Of a stretch of DNA of 64,000 nucleotides, positions 24,170 through 32,690 are shown piece after piece. The position numbers were made by a program, and so were the translations under genes. The notes under the pieces were generated by a model. The model made no database searches and had not been told where the DNA came from. It saw only the letters and a list, made by a program, of their open reading frames with translations. Every line of letters begins with the position of its first letter. The first letter of the stretch is position 1. Source of the stretch: a virus; IMG/VR virus record IMGVR_UViG_3300047160_000733; one strand, given 5' to 3'.

Positions 24170-24393
24170 GTAATCGTGATCCCCTGTTCGCAACCTTCGA
24201 GGCAGGGGCTTACGCTTTACGATATGCCCAAGGCTCTGTTAAGCATTACATGCGTACTGGGGAGCACAGTAAAGCGATAGTCCTTATGCCAATCCTAGAT
24301 TTTTATGTACATGCACTAAAAGATGATGTAGAATTCATGGCTGTTTATAACGAAGCCAAAGAGAAGTATCCAAAATGGAGAGATGATGAATGA
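24166..24393 (+). CDS. hypothetical protein
   Basis: 75-aa ORF, ATGA-coupled on both sides. Confidence 0.6.
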   Translation: MSNRDPLFATFEAGAYALRYAQGSVKHYMRTGEHSKAIVLMPILDFYVHALKDDVEFMAVYNEAKEKYPKWRDDE

Positions 24394-25742
24394 GTAGTTA
24401 CGAATTAGGGACAAAGGCCGCATTAAGCTCAGTAATGAAGGGCAATAACACCTTTATCACAGGGTCTGGTGGTTCTGGTAAGTCACACACCATCCGTACA
24501 ATGCAAGATTTCTTTGAAGACGACACCATCTTCTGTGGACCAACGGGCATTAGTGCCTTAAATATTCGCGGTGCGAGCTGCCACAAGACTTTCGGTCTAG
24601 CAATGGGTGTTTCCCTAGAAGATGACATTCGTCGCGTTAAATCGCGTAAGCAAGCTGCCCTGCTGTCATCCAAAGCGCTGGTTCGTATCGTCATTGACGA
24701 AATGGGGATGGTGCGTACCGATAAGTTGTATGAGATGGATCACAAGATGCGTTACTTCCGTAAGAATGACCTTCCTTTTGGTGGTCTTCAGGTTGTTGCT
24801 CTCGGTGACGGCTTCCAGATCCCTCCGGTATTACGCAACGAAGAGAAGAGCGTTTTCCATAAGATCTACGGGTCAGAGATTCCGTTTGGTAGCCCGACGT
24901 GGAACGCATTGAACTTCACCAATGTACTGCTGAACAAGAACTATCGTCAGAAAGATGCAGAATTCATGCATCACTTAAACAACATCCGTACAGGTGTTAA
25001 TGTGTATGATGCAGTGCAATACTTCAACGACAACTGCTACGGTCAGCCTCCGTCGGACGCTTATGTTACTCTGTGCTCCACAAACAAGCTGGCTTCAGAG
25101 GTCAACCAAGAGCGATTCAATTTATTGGCGGGTAAGTCCAAGCAGTATCGTGCATCCATCAAAGGCGATTTTAAAGAGCGACCTGTAGATGAGATCATGA
25201 GCCTGAAGATTGGTTGCAAGGTAATGATCATCAAGAATGACTCCGCAACACCACCACGGTACGTGAATGGTTCAGTTGGTATCGTTAAGAGCATGGCTGC
25301 AACATATATTGTTGTGGAAATTAATGGTGAACCTATTGAAATCGCCATGCATACGTGGGACAATGTGGGTTATGAGACTTCCAAAAAGAAAGTTGTGGAA
25401 GATGATGAGTGCGGCGTACCAGTTCAGAAAGAGATCGATGTAATTAATGAAGTTAAGTTAGGATCTTATGTTGCACTGCCAGTGAAGTTGGGTTATGCTA
25501 TTACCACTCACAAAGCACAAGGCCTGACATTGGCAGGAGTCAATATCGACCTAGGAGCCGGAGCATTTGCAGCAGGTATGACGTATGTCGCATTATCTCG
25601 GGCAACTAACGTACAAACTCTTACGTTAACTCAACCGCTTCGAACCAAGGATATCATTGTTGATCGACGTATTGTAGACTTTTACCGTAGGACTTTCCCA
25701 AACATGAACCAAGATCTTATTGACGGAAACAAAGGAGACTAA
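24390..25742 (+). CDS. SF1B DNA helicase (PIF1/RecD/Dda-like)
   Basis: Walker A GSGGSGKSH, Walker B VIDEMGMV, C-terminal ITTHKAQGLTL and TYVALSRAT motifs. Confidence 0.85.
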   Translation: MSSYELGTKAALSSVMKGNNTFITGSGGSGKSHTIRTMQDFFEDDTIFCGPTGISALNIRGASCHKTFGLAMGVSLEDDIRRVKSRKQAALLSSKALVRIVIDEMGMVRTDKLYEMDHKMRYFRKNDLPFGGLQVVALGDGFQIPPVLRNEEKSVFHKIYGSEIPFGSPTWNALNFTNVLLNKNYRQKDAEFMHHLNNIRTGVNVYDAVQYFNDNCYGQPPSDAYVTLCSTNKLASEVNQERFNLLAGKSKQYRASIKGDFKERPVDEIMSLKIGCKVMIIKNDSATPPRYVNGSVGIVKSMAATYIVVEINGEPIEIAMHTWDNVGYETSKKKVVEDDECGVPVQKEIDVINEVKLGSYVALPVKLGYAITTHKAQGLTLAGVNIDLGAGAFAAGMTYVALSRATNVQTLTLTQPLRTKDIIVDRRIVDFYRRTFPNMNQDLIDGNKGD

Positions 25743-25743
25743 G

Positions 25744-26265
25744 ATGAGCAAGAACACCATTAACCGTGCAGTACAGCTGGGTATGACATACTCTGAAGAA
25801 GATATCAAATCTGTTGTATCCGCCATCAAACAGGCTATCAAGATGCATTGGAAAGGCCCTCTGGGGCCGGAGGTAATCAAGACATCTCCACTTAGCACCT
25901 ATGCAGTGCAGGTCATGTCACTGTTGGAGTTTATGAAAGTTCTGGGTTACTACCCTGTGGTTAATAACCACGACATCGTGGGCAGCGTTACAGGTATGTA
26001 CGGGTTCGAACTAATTACCTCACTGAAGTATAGTAAAGAAGAGGAAGTCACGCCGCTTGGTGTTTCTTTCACTGATGCAGTTATGCTTCACAACACAGGA
26101 TACCTGACCTGCTTCCCGTCGGAGGATGAAATTTTCTTCGGAGGACGCCTAAGTCTGGCACTGAAGAGTAAGGTCGTAGATGCCGTCGGGCTTCAGAAGC
26201 GCCGAGGAAAGATGTCCACCAATAAACGCTATGTTCAATTTGTAGGAGATTATGCCGATGTCTAA
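25744..26265 (+). CDS. hypothetical protein
   Basis: Trimmed to the ATG at 25744 behind AAAGGAGA. Confidence 0.65.
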   Translation: MSKNTINRAVQLGMTYSEEDIKSVVSAIKQAIKMHWKGPLGPEVIKTSPLSTYAVQVMSLLEFMKVLGYYPVVNNHDIVGSVTGMYGFELITSLKYSKEEEVTPLGVSFTDAVMLHNTGYLTCFPSEDEIFFGGRLSLALKSKVVDAVGLQKRRGKMSTNKRYVQFVGDYADV

Positions 26266-26713
26266 ACAAAAACTTTTTCTCGTAGATGTTATGTACGGTG
26301 TTAAGCGCGATAACTTGGTTCAAGCACTTCGTAACCAGTTCATGCTTCACGGATTGTCTTCTGATCTCGCTGCCGACAGCTCGGCTGCTCAGATTGCAAG
26401 CTTGTTATTCTTTGCACACCGTAAGGGTTTGTTGGTAGTTGGTCGTAAAGAGGGTGAACTCCCTCAAGGGCAGCACGGTTTCTATGCCACGCACTCCACA
26501 TACTTCACTTCAGAAGGTGAGTTTGTTTCCTTGCGTAAGCTGATCCATATTCACAACTGTGCCTATGCGACTCCGGACAAGATTGTTCAAACTATTTCCT
26601 TGCAATATCATAAGAAATTAGGTAAGTTATTGCCTCAAAAGAACAAGAAGTGGGTCCACTTTGTTGAAATTTCTAATGAAAAGCGTATTGTACCTTTGTC
26701 GATGGGAGTGTAA
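26252..26713 (+). CDS. hypothetical protein
   Basis: 153-aa ORF behind TAGGAGA. Confidence 0.65.
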   Translation: MPMSKQKLFLVDVMYGVKRDNLVQALRNQFMLHGLSSDLAADSSAAQIASLLFFAHRKGLLVVGRKEGELPQGQHGFYATHSTYFTSEGEFVSLRKLIHIHNCAYATPDKIVQTISLQYHKKLGKLLPQKNKKWVHFVEISNEKRIVPLSMGV

Positions 26714-26714
26714 T

Positions 26715-26939
26715 ATGTCAGCAACTAAGACGTTTTATGAAGAATTTGGCAATCTTTCGTATTATCCCTCAGATGATAAAAGAGGAGTTGCGGATGTTAA
26801 TATCTACTTTAACGACCCTGAGTGGATTAATATTGAACAAGCTTACGACCTACGTGATGCTTTGACAAACCTGATCAATTACCATGAAAGACTGGAGAAA
26901 GAAACAGAGGTGTCTGATGATCAAAGATTGTTTCGGTAG
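26715..26939 (+). CDS. hypothetical protein
   Basis: Trimmed to the ATG at 26715 behind GGGAG. Confidence 0.6.
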   Translation: MSATKTFYEEFGNLSYYPSDDKRGVADVNIYFNDPEWINIEQAYDLRDALTNLINYHERLEKETEVSDDQRLFR

Positions 26940-27144
26940 AATTGCTCAAGTTGGTGACGAGATCGCATTCTCAAGAGGGAATGCCGGAGCAAAGGAGTGG
27001 GAGAAGGCAACAATCACACGTATAACCCCTAAGACTGTAATGTTCTCAGGTAAGACTGGGGCCATGTACCGCCACGGGAGTGATGAACTCCGCCGAGGTG
27101 AAGGTTGTTTCGTGATCGATATTAATAAACGTTTAGGAGAGTAA
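26917..27144 (+). CDS. hypothetical protein
   Basis: Trimmed to the ATG at 26917 (MIKDCFGRIAQVGDEIAF...). Confidence 0.55.
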   Translation: MIKDCFGRIAQVGDEIAFSRGNAGAKEWEKATITRITPKTVMFSGKTGAMYRHGSDELRRGEGCFVIDINKRLGE

Positions 27145-27146
27145 AT

Positions 27147-27410
27147 TTGGACAAGCAGACCGCCCGAACTTTGGACCAGTACAAGCATGAATCCTTTGAA
27201 GATCTGAAGCAGTTGGACTCAGAGAAGCTTATCAAGATGCGTGACCGTGCTGGCGACTTGGTTAATGAAACCAATACCGCACACCGTGAAGCATTGCTGC
27301 ATTGGACCCACATCATCAATGAGCTGTCTGCTCGCGGGGTTATTCCCGCAAATACAGACCGCCAAGATCGTGCCAAAAAGATCCACGGGATGTTCTACAA
27401 GGAGCAGTAA
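27147..27410 (+). CDS. hypothetical protein
   Basis: TTG start behind TAGGAGA. 87 aa. Confidence 0.6.
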   Translation: MDKQTARTLDQYKHESFEDLKQLDSEKLIKMRDRAGDLVNETNTAHREALLHWTHIINELSARGVIPANTDRQDRAKKIHGMFYKEQ

Positions 27411-27607
27411 TGCAACGTGTATTTAAGTTTGAAGTTAATCAGGTAGTAACGTACAATCAGGGCCCAACAAAATGGGATAAGGCTGGAACAGGAAAGATCA
27501 TCGGACTTAATGGTGAGTACGGTGCCTGTCTTGCCTACCTGATTGATGACACACAACAAGGCTTCAAAGTCCAAGTGACGGAGGAGCAAATCACAGGACT
27601 AGCATAA
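27410..27607 (+). CDS. hypothetical protein
   Basis: 65 aa, TAATG-coupled. Confidence 0.6.
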   Translation: MQRVFKFEVNQVVTYNQGPTKWDKAGTGKIIGLNGEYGACLAYLIDDTQQGFKVQVTEEQITGLA

Positions 27608-27861
27608 TGAAACCCGTTTTTAATTTCTACGAAGTGGTCATTTCCTCTACGGAGGTTGACCACCCAATGTATAGCGCGACAGGTGAAAAGCCCAAGACGG
27701 TCAGACACTTATATGTAATAGCAAGTAGCCCCGAGAATGCCGAGGAACAGCTTGCTTGTTTTAAAGGTTTGAAGGGTATCAATATTCAAATAGGGGAGCA
27801 CGGTTCACACCTAGTAGAATTCGGTCCCTACGATTACACAAAAACTAAACTTGTACACTAA
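27607..27861 (+). CDS. hypothetical protein
   Basis: 84 aa, TAATG-coupled. Confidence 0.6.
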   Translation: MKPVFNFYEVVISSTEVDHPMYSATGEKPKTVRHLYVIASSPENAEEQLACFKGLKGINIQIGEHGSHLVEFGPYDYTKTKLVH

Positions 27862-27870
27862 GGAGCAACA

Positions 27871-28158
27871 ATGGAAATTATCACTTTGTTCATCAACCAT
27901 GAACAGTTCGGTAAAGTTATGGTAGAAGCGGAAGTTACGGTTAAAGCCCCAGAACCTAATAACACAGCGTCAGACTACGACTGCCGTGGCTATATCGACA
28001 TCAACGACTACGAAGTCTTCCTCATGGCAACAGATGGTCGAGTGATCGGTAAAGCAGAAGTTGCAATTGATGAAAAGATCCTGTACTCTGAGATCTCGCG
28101 CCAAGTCCGCGATCATGACATTGATGAATGTTTCGACGCAGAGAACGGGGGTTTCTAA
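27871..28158 (+). CDS. hypothetical protein
   Basis: 95 aa behind AAGGAG. Confidence 0.6.
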   Translation: MEIITLFINHEQFGKVMVEAEVTVKAPEPNNTASDYDCRGYIDINDYEVFLMATDGRVIGKAEVAIDEKILYSEISRQVRDHDIDECFDAENGGF

Positions 28159-28373
28159 TGCCACAGGCAGCAGCAAAGTATGTACGAGTTATGTCTCACT
28201 CAAACCTACAAACCCTGTTAGCCAACCTCAACGAAGCTCTTTTTTCTACTCAATACCGCCCGCTGGGCGGTGTATCATTGAATCCCGACGGAAAATACTA
28301 CATAACGCTATATGATGAAGCGAGCTTAATCATGGACGTCATTGAGTCGGATATTAAAAAGGGGGCTAAATGA
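28158..28373 (+). CDS. hypothetical protein
   Basis: Trimmed to the ATG at 28158 (TAATG coupling). Confidence 0.55.
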   Translation: MPQAAAKYVRVMSHSNLQTLLANLNEALFSTQYRPLGGVSLNPDGKYYITLYDEASLIMDVIESDIKKGAK

Positions 28374-29317
28374 GTGCATTTGGTGAGGGTTTGTTTGGTG
28401 GGTATAAGACGGGGCATAAAAACCCCTCGGCTACCCGTTATGTATCTGGGGGCAAAGTGGGACAACAAGTCATAGAGACAGTAGAGGACATCCTGACGTA
28501 CCCTATGATGGGTATTCCAGAACGTGGTATCACAGAGGAAACAGCTAAGCACTTTGGGATCCGTGTCAAGCTGGATGGTAAAACAGGACTTAAACATGAA
28601 GCGCACTACTTCCCGTATTATGTGGAAGGGGTATTATCCGGATTTAAGAAGCGCGACCTGACTAAGCCTAAGCAGCAAGCAGGGCACTTCTCCGTCGTAG
28701 GCTTCCAGTCGGTCCAGTGTGAACCGTTCGGTCAACACGCTGCCAACAAGACGCGAAATAAGACAGTTATCATCACAGAGGGTGAGTACGATGCAGCAAT
28801 CGTGTGGCAAGCCATGCGAGAGAACTATAAAGGACGTGATGGTAGCACTCGTAAGATCAACCCAACGGTAATCTCCGTATCCAACGGCACTTCCAATGCT
28901 GTCCGTAACTTGGGCCAGAAGAAGAACCTTAAATATGTGGAGAAGCACGAACAGATCGTATTGTGTTTTGATGCGGATAAGGCAACTGATGCGGAGAAGC
29001 AGCAGGGTATTATCAAAGGTAAAGAGGCAACAGCTCAGGTTTATTCTCTTATTCCTCAGATGCGTGTAGCTGACCTGCCAGATGATAAGGATCCGTGTGA
29101 TATGTACGGCGAAGGTATGGCTAACCAGTTGTTCTGGTCAATCATGAAACCTATCGAGTACATCCCTGACGGTTTCCGAACCTATGAGCAGATCCGTACT
29201 AAAGCTCAAGAGATCCCTGTCTTGGGCCGTCCGTGGCCTTGGCCTACCATGACCAAGAAGACTCTGGGCCGACGTATCGGTGAGGGTTACTTCATTGGTG
29301 CTGGTGTAAAAATGGGT
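28370..29317 (+). CDS. primase-helicase, exon 1 (TOPRIM primase domain plus first half of Walker A)
   Basis: TOPRIM motifs IITEGEYDAA and VLCFDADKATDAE...DPCDMY. Ends ...GYFIGAGVKMG at 29317. The unspliced frame adds only WHTSPCKTV* (to 29347). No N-terminal Cys4 zinc finger seen. Confidence 0.75.
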
Positions 29318-30041
29318 TGGCATACTAGCCCATGTAAAACTGTGTGAACTCAGGGGAAGTCTAGAACAGACAATCCTGATCCAAGCCTCTCAACCTCCTA
29401 GATAAGGAGGTGGCTATGAAAAGAATTATAGGGTTTGAAAACTACATATTGTCTCGGAATGGTGTTGTTTATCGTAAAGGTAAAGCACTTAAACCAGATA
29501 AGAATAGTGTAGGATACCGGAGAGTATCTTTGTCGAAAGACGGAAAAGTCACACGTAGATTCATCCATCAGTTGGTGGCTGAACACTATGTTGACAACCC
29601 TAACAATCTGCCATACGTCAATCACATTGACGGTGACAGAGAGAATAACTTTGCGAACAACCTTGAATGGGTTACTCCAAAACAAAACGTTGACGATGGA
29701 TGGCGACGTGGAAGAAGAAACCCAAACAGGTACAGTGATACAATGGAACTTGCAGTGATGGCCCTTGTTGACTCAGGTATGCAACAAAAGCTAATAGCTG
29801 AACATTTTGGAATCCATAGAGATACTGTTAGAATGATAACGCAGAGGTTGAGAGGAAGGAGCAACGACTATCGAAAGGGTAAGCGAAAGCTGAGTAACCG
29901 AGTAGAGTAGGGCCAAGCGGTCCGAAGCGCACAGCACTGGTGACAGTGATGATATAGTCTGGTCTGCATGGGGACATGCAGCAGCACCGACAATAGCCAA
30001 CGGTGCGGGGATGGGAGTAGCGAACCATCCTGAACACAACG
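29318..30041 (+). mobile_element. group I intron carrying an HNH homing-endonuclease ORF
   Basis: Exon ATGGGT (29312-29317) can pair with GCCCAT (29328-29333), giving a U-G wobble at the 5' splice site. The last intron nucleotide, 30041, is G. Joining the exons restores GAGVKMGKSE. GC stems at 29964-29981, 29984-30006 and 30009-30030. Exact boundaries are inferred. Confidence 0.7.
29416..29910 (+). CDS. HNH homing endonuclease (I-HmuI/HNH_3-like) with C-terminal HTH
   Basis: ATG at 29416 behind AAGGAGG, which is sequestered in the hairpin CCTCC-TAGATAA-GGAGG. Motifs: IGFENYILSRNG (NUMOD4-like), VNHIDGDRENNFANNLEWVTPKQN (HNH), IAEHFGIHRDTVRMI (HTH). Confidence 0.85.
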   Translation: MKRIIGFENYILSRNGVVYRKGKALKPDKNSVGYRRVSLSKDGKVTRRFIHQLVAEHYVDNPNNLPYVNHIDGDRENNFANNLEWVTPKQNVDDGWRRGRRNPNRYSDTMELAVMALVDSGMQQKLIAEHFGIHRDTVRMITQRLRGRSNDYRKGKRKLSNRVE

Positions 30042-31088
30042 AAGAGTGAATGGCTTAACCAGCTTATTGAGCACATCGTCAAGATAGAGAAGACGAAGGT
30101 TGCTTGCTTTAAGTTTGAGGAAGAGAACGAGATCACCTGTAAGAAAGTAGCGGGTAAATTGTTCCACAAAGACTTCGTTAACGCCGAGAAGGTGATGATC
30201 CCCAACGAGAATGGTGATGGAGGTTATCATGACGTTTGGGGTACGGAGGTATTTGAGGGGCAACGTGGTTACTTCAAGCAGGAAGAGTTGGTGGCGGCGA
30301 CTGATGCCGTCGGTGATAATATCATCTACTATGCCAACTATGGTCGTGCGGTTTGGGACGAAGTTAAGGGCGCTATCCGTCATGCTGTATTGGTTGAAGG
30401 GGCTAAGGACGTATTTATTGACCCAATCACCCGATTAACGCAAGGTATGCAAGCGTCTGAAGCCAACGTGGAATTGGAACGATTCTCTGATGAGATCTCC
30501 AAACTTGCGAAGGAACTTGGTTTCACGTACTATTGTTTCTGTCACTTGAATAAGCCGGACAACGGTAAACCTCATGAGTTTGGTGGACAAGTTCAATCAG
30601 CTCAGTTTGCGGGTAGCCGTGCGATGATGCGTAACACTTACTACATGGTTGGGATCGAGCGTAACAAGGATCCTAAGTTATCTAGTAAAGAACGTAATAC
30701 GTCGTGGTTCGTTATCCTTGATGACCGTAAGCATGGTCGTTCAGGTCGTTTCCCTGTATTCTATGATATTGATACTGGGGACTACTTGGAGCCGCCAGAA
30801 GGATTCTTGGATTCATCCTTTGATACGTTGCGTGAGTTCTATAACGCTAACCCAGAGCATGACCCAACACGTGAGTTTGATCCTTCTCAGGAGCTATCTC
30901 CGGAGCAGTCTGAGGTTGTATACACAGATCTGAAACAGGAAGATATTCCTCCTGCCGCCGAGGAAGATCAGGAAGAAGTTGAACAGACACCTTTGACTGA
31001 AGCAGAAGAACAGGCCGCTTCTTTGGCCCGTGCAGCTGCCAATACTCCTAAGGTTGATCTGGATTTTGACGACGACGTGCCTTTCTAA
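30042..31088 (+). CDS. primase-helicase, exon 2 (DnaB/T7 gp4-like helicase domain)
   Basis: Frame is open from 30021. Begins KSEWLNQLIEHIV (second half of Walker A). Walker B-like KDVFIDPITRL. H4/arginine-finger-like AGSRAMMRNTYYMVGIERNKD. Acidic tail ends DFDDDVPF. The ORF track begins at an internal TTG (30159). Confidence 0.75.
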   Translation, partial: KSEWLNQLIEHIVKIEKTKVACFKFEEENEITCKKVAGKLFHKDFVNAEKVMIPNENGDGGYHDVWGTEVFEGQRGYFKQEELVAATDAVGDNIIYYANYGRAVWDEVKGAIRHAVLVEGAKDVFIDPITRLTQGMQASEANVELERFSDEISKLAKELGFTYYCFCHLNKPDNGKPHEFGGQVQSAQFAGSRAMMRNTYYMVGIERNKDPKLSSKERNTSWFVILDDRKHGRSGRFPVFYDIDTGDYLEPPEGFLDSSFDTLREFYNANPEHDPTREFDPSQELSPEQSEVVYTDLKQEDIPPAAEEDQEEVEQTPLTEAEEQAASLARAAANTPKVDLDFDDDVPF

Positions 31089-31098
31089 ATAAAATTGG

Positions 31099-31127
31099 TT
31101 GACTTATCTCAAGGGAGGGCGTAAGCT
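31099..31127 (+). promoter_or_regulatory. sigma70-type promoter
   Basis: TTGACT-N17-TAAGCT. Overlaps the hairpin AAGGGAG-N10-CTCCCTT. Confidence 0.5.
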
Positions 31128-31160
31128 CTCCCTTAATTTGTTATAACTGGAGAGAAGAGA

Positions 31161-31364
31161 ATGGCGACTAAATCACGTGAACAGCTAATAAAGATACTCA
31201 ACAAACAGAATGAGAGGTTGGATGCGGCGGGCGGTCCGATGTCTGGAACTTGGATCCACAACATGCTACATAGTGAACCGGACACTGTTGACTTTGAAGA
31301 AGTCCGACGACTAGCTCTTGAAGTATTGAATTCACGACTGAACAACAAATTGTACGGAGGGTGA
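31161..31364 (+). CDS. hypothetical protein
   Basis: 67 aa behind GGAGAG. Confidence 0.6.
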   Translation: MATKSREQLIKILNKQNERLDAAGGPMSGTWIHNMLHSEPDTVDFEEVRRLALEVLNSRLNNKLYGG

Positions 31365-31365
31365 T

Positions 31366-31629
31366 ATGACCAAAGAATACTTTAAGCTTGATGCGGATAA
31401 GATCTTACAATCCTCAAAGGATGAAGAAGATCTGTTGGACTCTTCAGTGATGGAATCTATCTACGTGATCAGGCAATTACGGGCCCTGTGCGCCCTCCGT
31501 GACGGAGTTTATCGTATTGAAGATGTCTTAGACGGGAAGATCAACACCACCTCTAAGATTGTCATGGTGGAAGATGTATGGTGCCCTATCATTCTTGTTG
31601 ACCAAGACGAGGAATGCACCGATGAGTAA
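31366..31629 (+). CDS. hypothetical protein
   Basis: 87 aa behind GGAGGG. Confidence 0.6.
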   Translation: MTKEYFKLDADKILQSSKDEEDLLDSSVMESIYVIRQLRALCALRDGVYRIEDVLDGKINTTSKIVMVEDVWCPIILVDQDEECTDE

Positions 31630-31909
31630 CTGCCCCATGTTCACCGGATGGTTTAGTAAGCTTGTCGATTGGATGTCCGGTGATGAGTGGATCAGGGTTG
31701 GGTACGGATACCCCGCCAAGTCAAAGGTCTGGTTGACAGTCTACTACAAAAGAAAATCTAAGCAGTGGTCTTTTGAGTGGGATGATTTATTTGCAGATCC
31801 TCGACCAAAGAGTTATACTTGGACACAAAGCTATTTCTTCTTCGAGAAAGATATCTCTTTGGAAGAGAAGACTACCGTAAATAAAATGCTACTAGCGAGG
31901 TTAGGATGA
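31622..31909 (+). CDS. hypothetical protein
   Basis: Trimmed to the ATG at 31622 (MSNCPMFTGWF...). Confidence 0.55.
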   Translation: MSNCPMFTGWFSKLVDWMSGDEWIRVGYGYPAKSKVWLTVYYKRKSKQWSFEWDDLFADPRPKSYTWTQSYFFFEKDISLEEKTTVNKMLLARLG

Positions 31910-32454
31910 AAACAGCACAACCACTATTCAACGTAAAGGCCCGTATGGGGTCAGACAGTGACTGGTACGTAGTAAAGACCGACGTTAACTACAATGATGC
32001 GGTAAAGGCCGTCAATGAGTACGCTAAGACATTCCGTCATGTAGTTATGGTTCCATTACAATCCAACGATCCATCTATTAACTACATCGTTAAGCGAGAT
32101 TTCAACCGTTCACATCATGCGGGAGGGTGTAATTATCCTCTCCACATGTTTGTAGATCAGGTACGTACAAGCGCCAGTAATATTGATTACTCTCTGAATG
32201 AGCATATGCCGATCACGGTTATTGAACCAATCGACACTGAAGAGGTTTCTGCCAAAGGGTCACATGTGTATGTAGCCACTATTCAGGCTGTTGATGAGTG
32301 CGGAGAGCATTCTGAGTATGTGTTTGGTGTCTTTGATAACTACGAGAAGGCCTGTAATATTACACAACATGAGTGTGATAACCTAAGTGATGGCGAGACA
32401 AGTCGATACCCTACAATCTTCTCGTACTCTGTAGCAAAGGAGGACTTACTATGA
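31906..32454 (+). CDS. hypothetical protein
   Basis: 182 aa, ATGA-coupled. Confidence 0.65.
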   Translation: MKTAQPLFNVKARMGSDSDWYVVKTDVNYNDAVKAVNEYAKTFRHVVMVPLQSNDPSINYIVKRDFNRSHHAGGCNYPLHMFVDQVRTSASNIDYSLNEHMPITVIEPIDTEEVSAKGSHVYVATIQAVDECGEHSEYVFGVFDNYEKACNITQHECDNLSDGETSRYPTIFSYSVAKEDLL

Positions 32455-32690
32455 AATGCATTAGCTTAACCCATGACCAAGTTAAAGAGTTCATCGACCA
32501 AAGCACACTCTATGCCGCACCATTCTGGCTTAACGAATCAATCTTCCGTGGAGAGCTTGGAATAATGCTGGGCAAGCTGGTACATGTGAATCTGATTCAC
32601 GATGAGTGGAAGATAACCCCAATTGGGAAGAACGATCTGATCTGTTTTGATGGGAAAGATAAGAAGGTAAAAATTATCAAAGGGGCTTAA
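32451..32690 (+). CDS. hypothetical protein
   Basis: 79 aa, ATGA-coupled. Confidence 0.6.
   Translation: MKCISLTHDQVKEFIDQSTLYAAPFWLNESIFRGELGIMLGKLVHVNLIHDEWKITPIGKNDLICFDGKDKKVKIIKGA

Noticed and set aside
29828-30383. 125-aa and 171-aa minus-strand ORFs opposite the intron/helicase
   Set aside because: These are antisense shadows of the helicase exon and intron core. They have no RBS, and the surrounding 35 kb is transcribed rightward.
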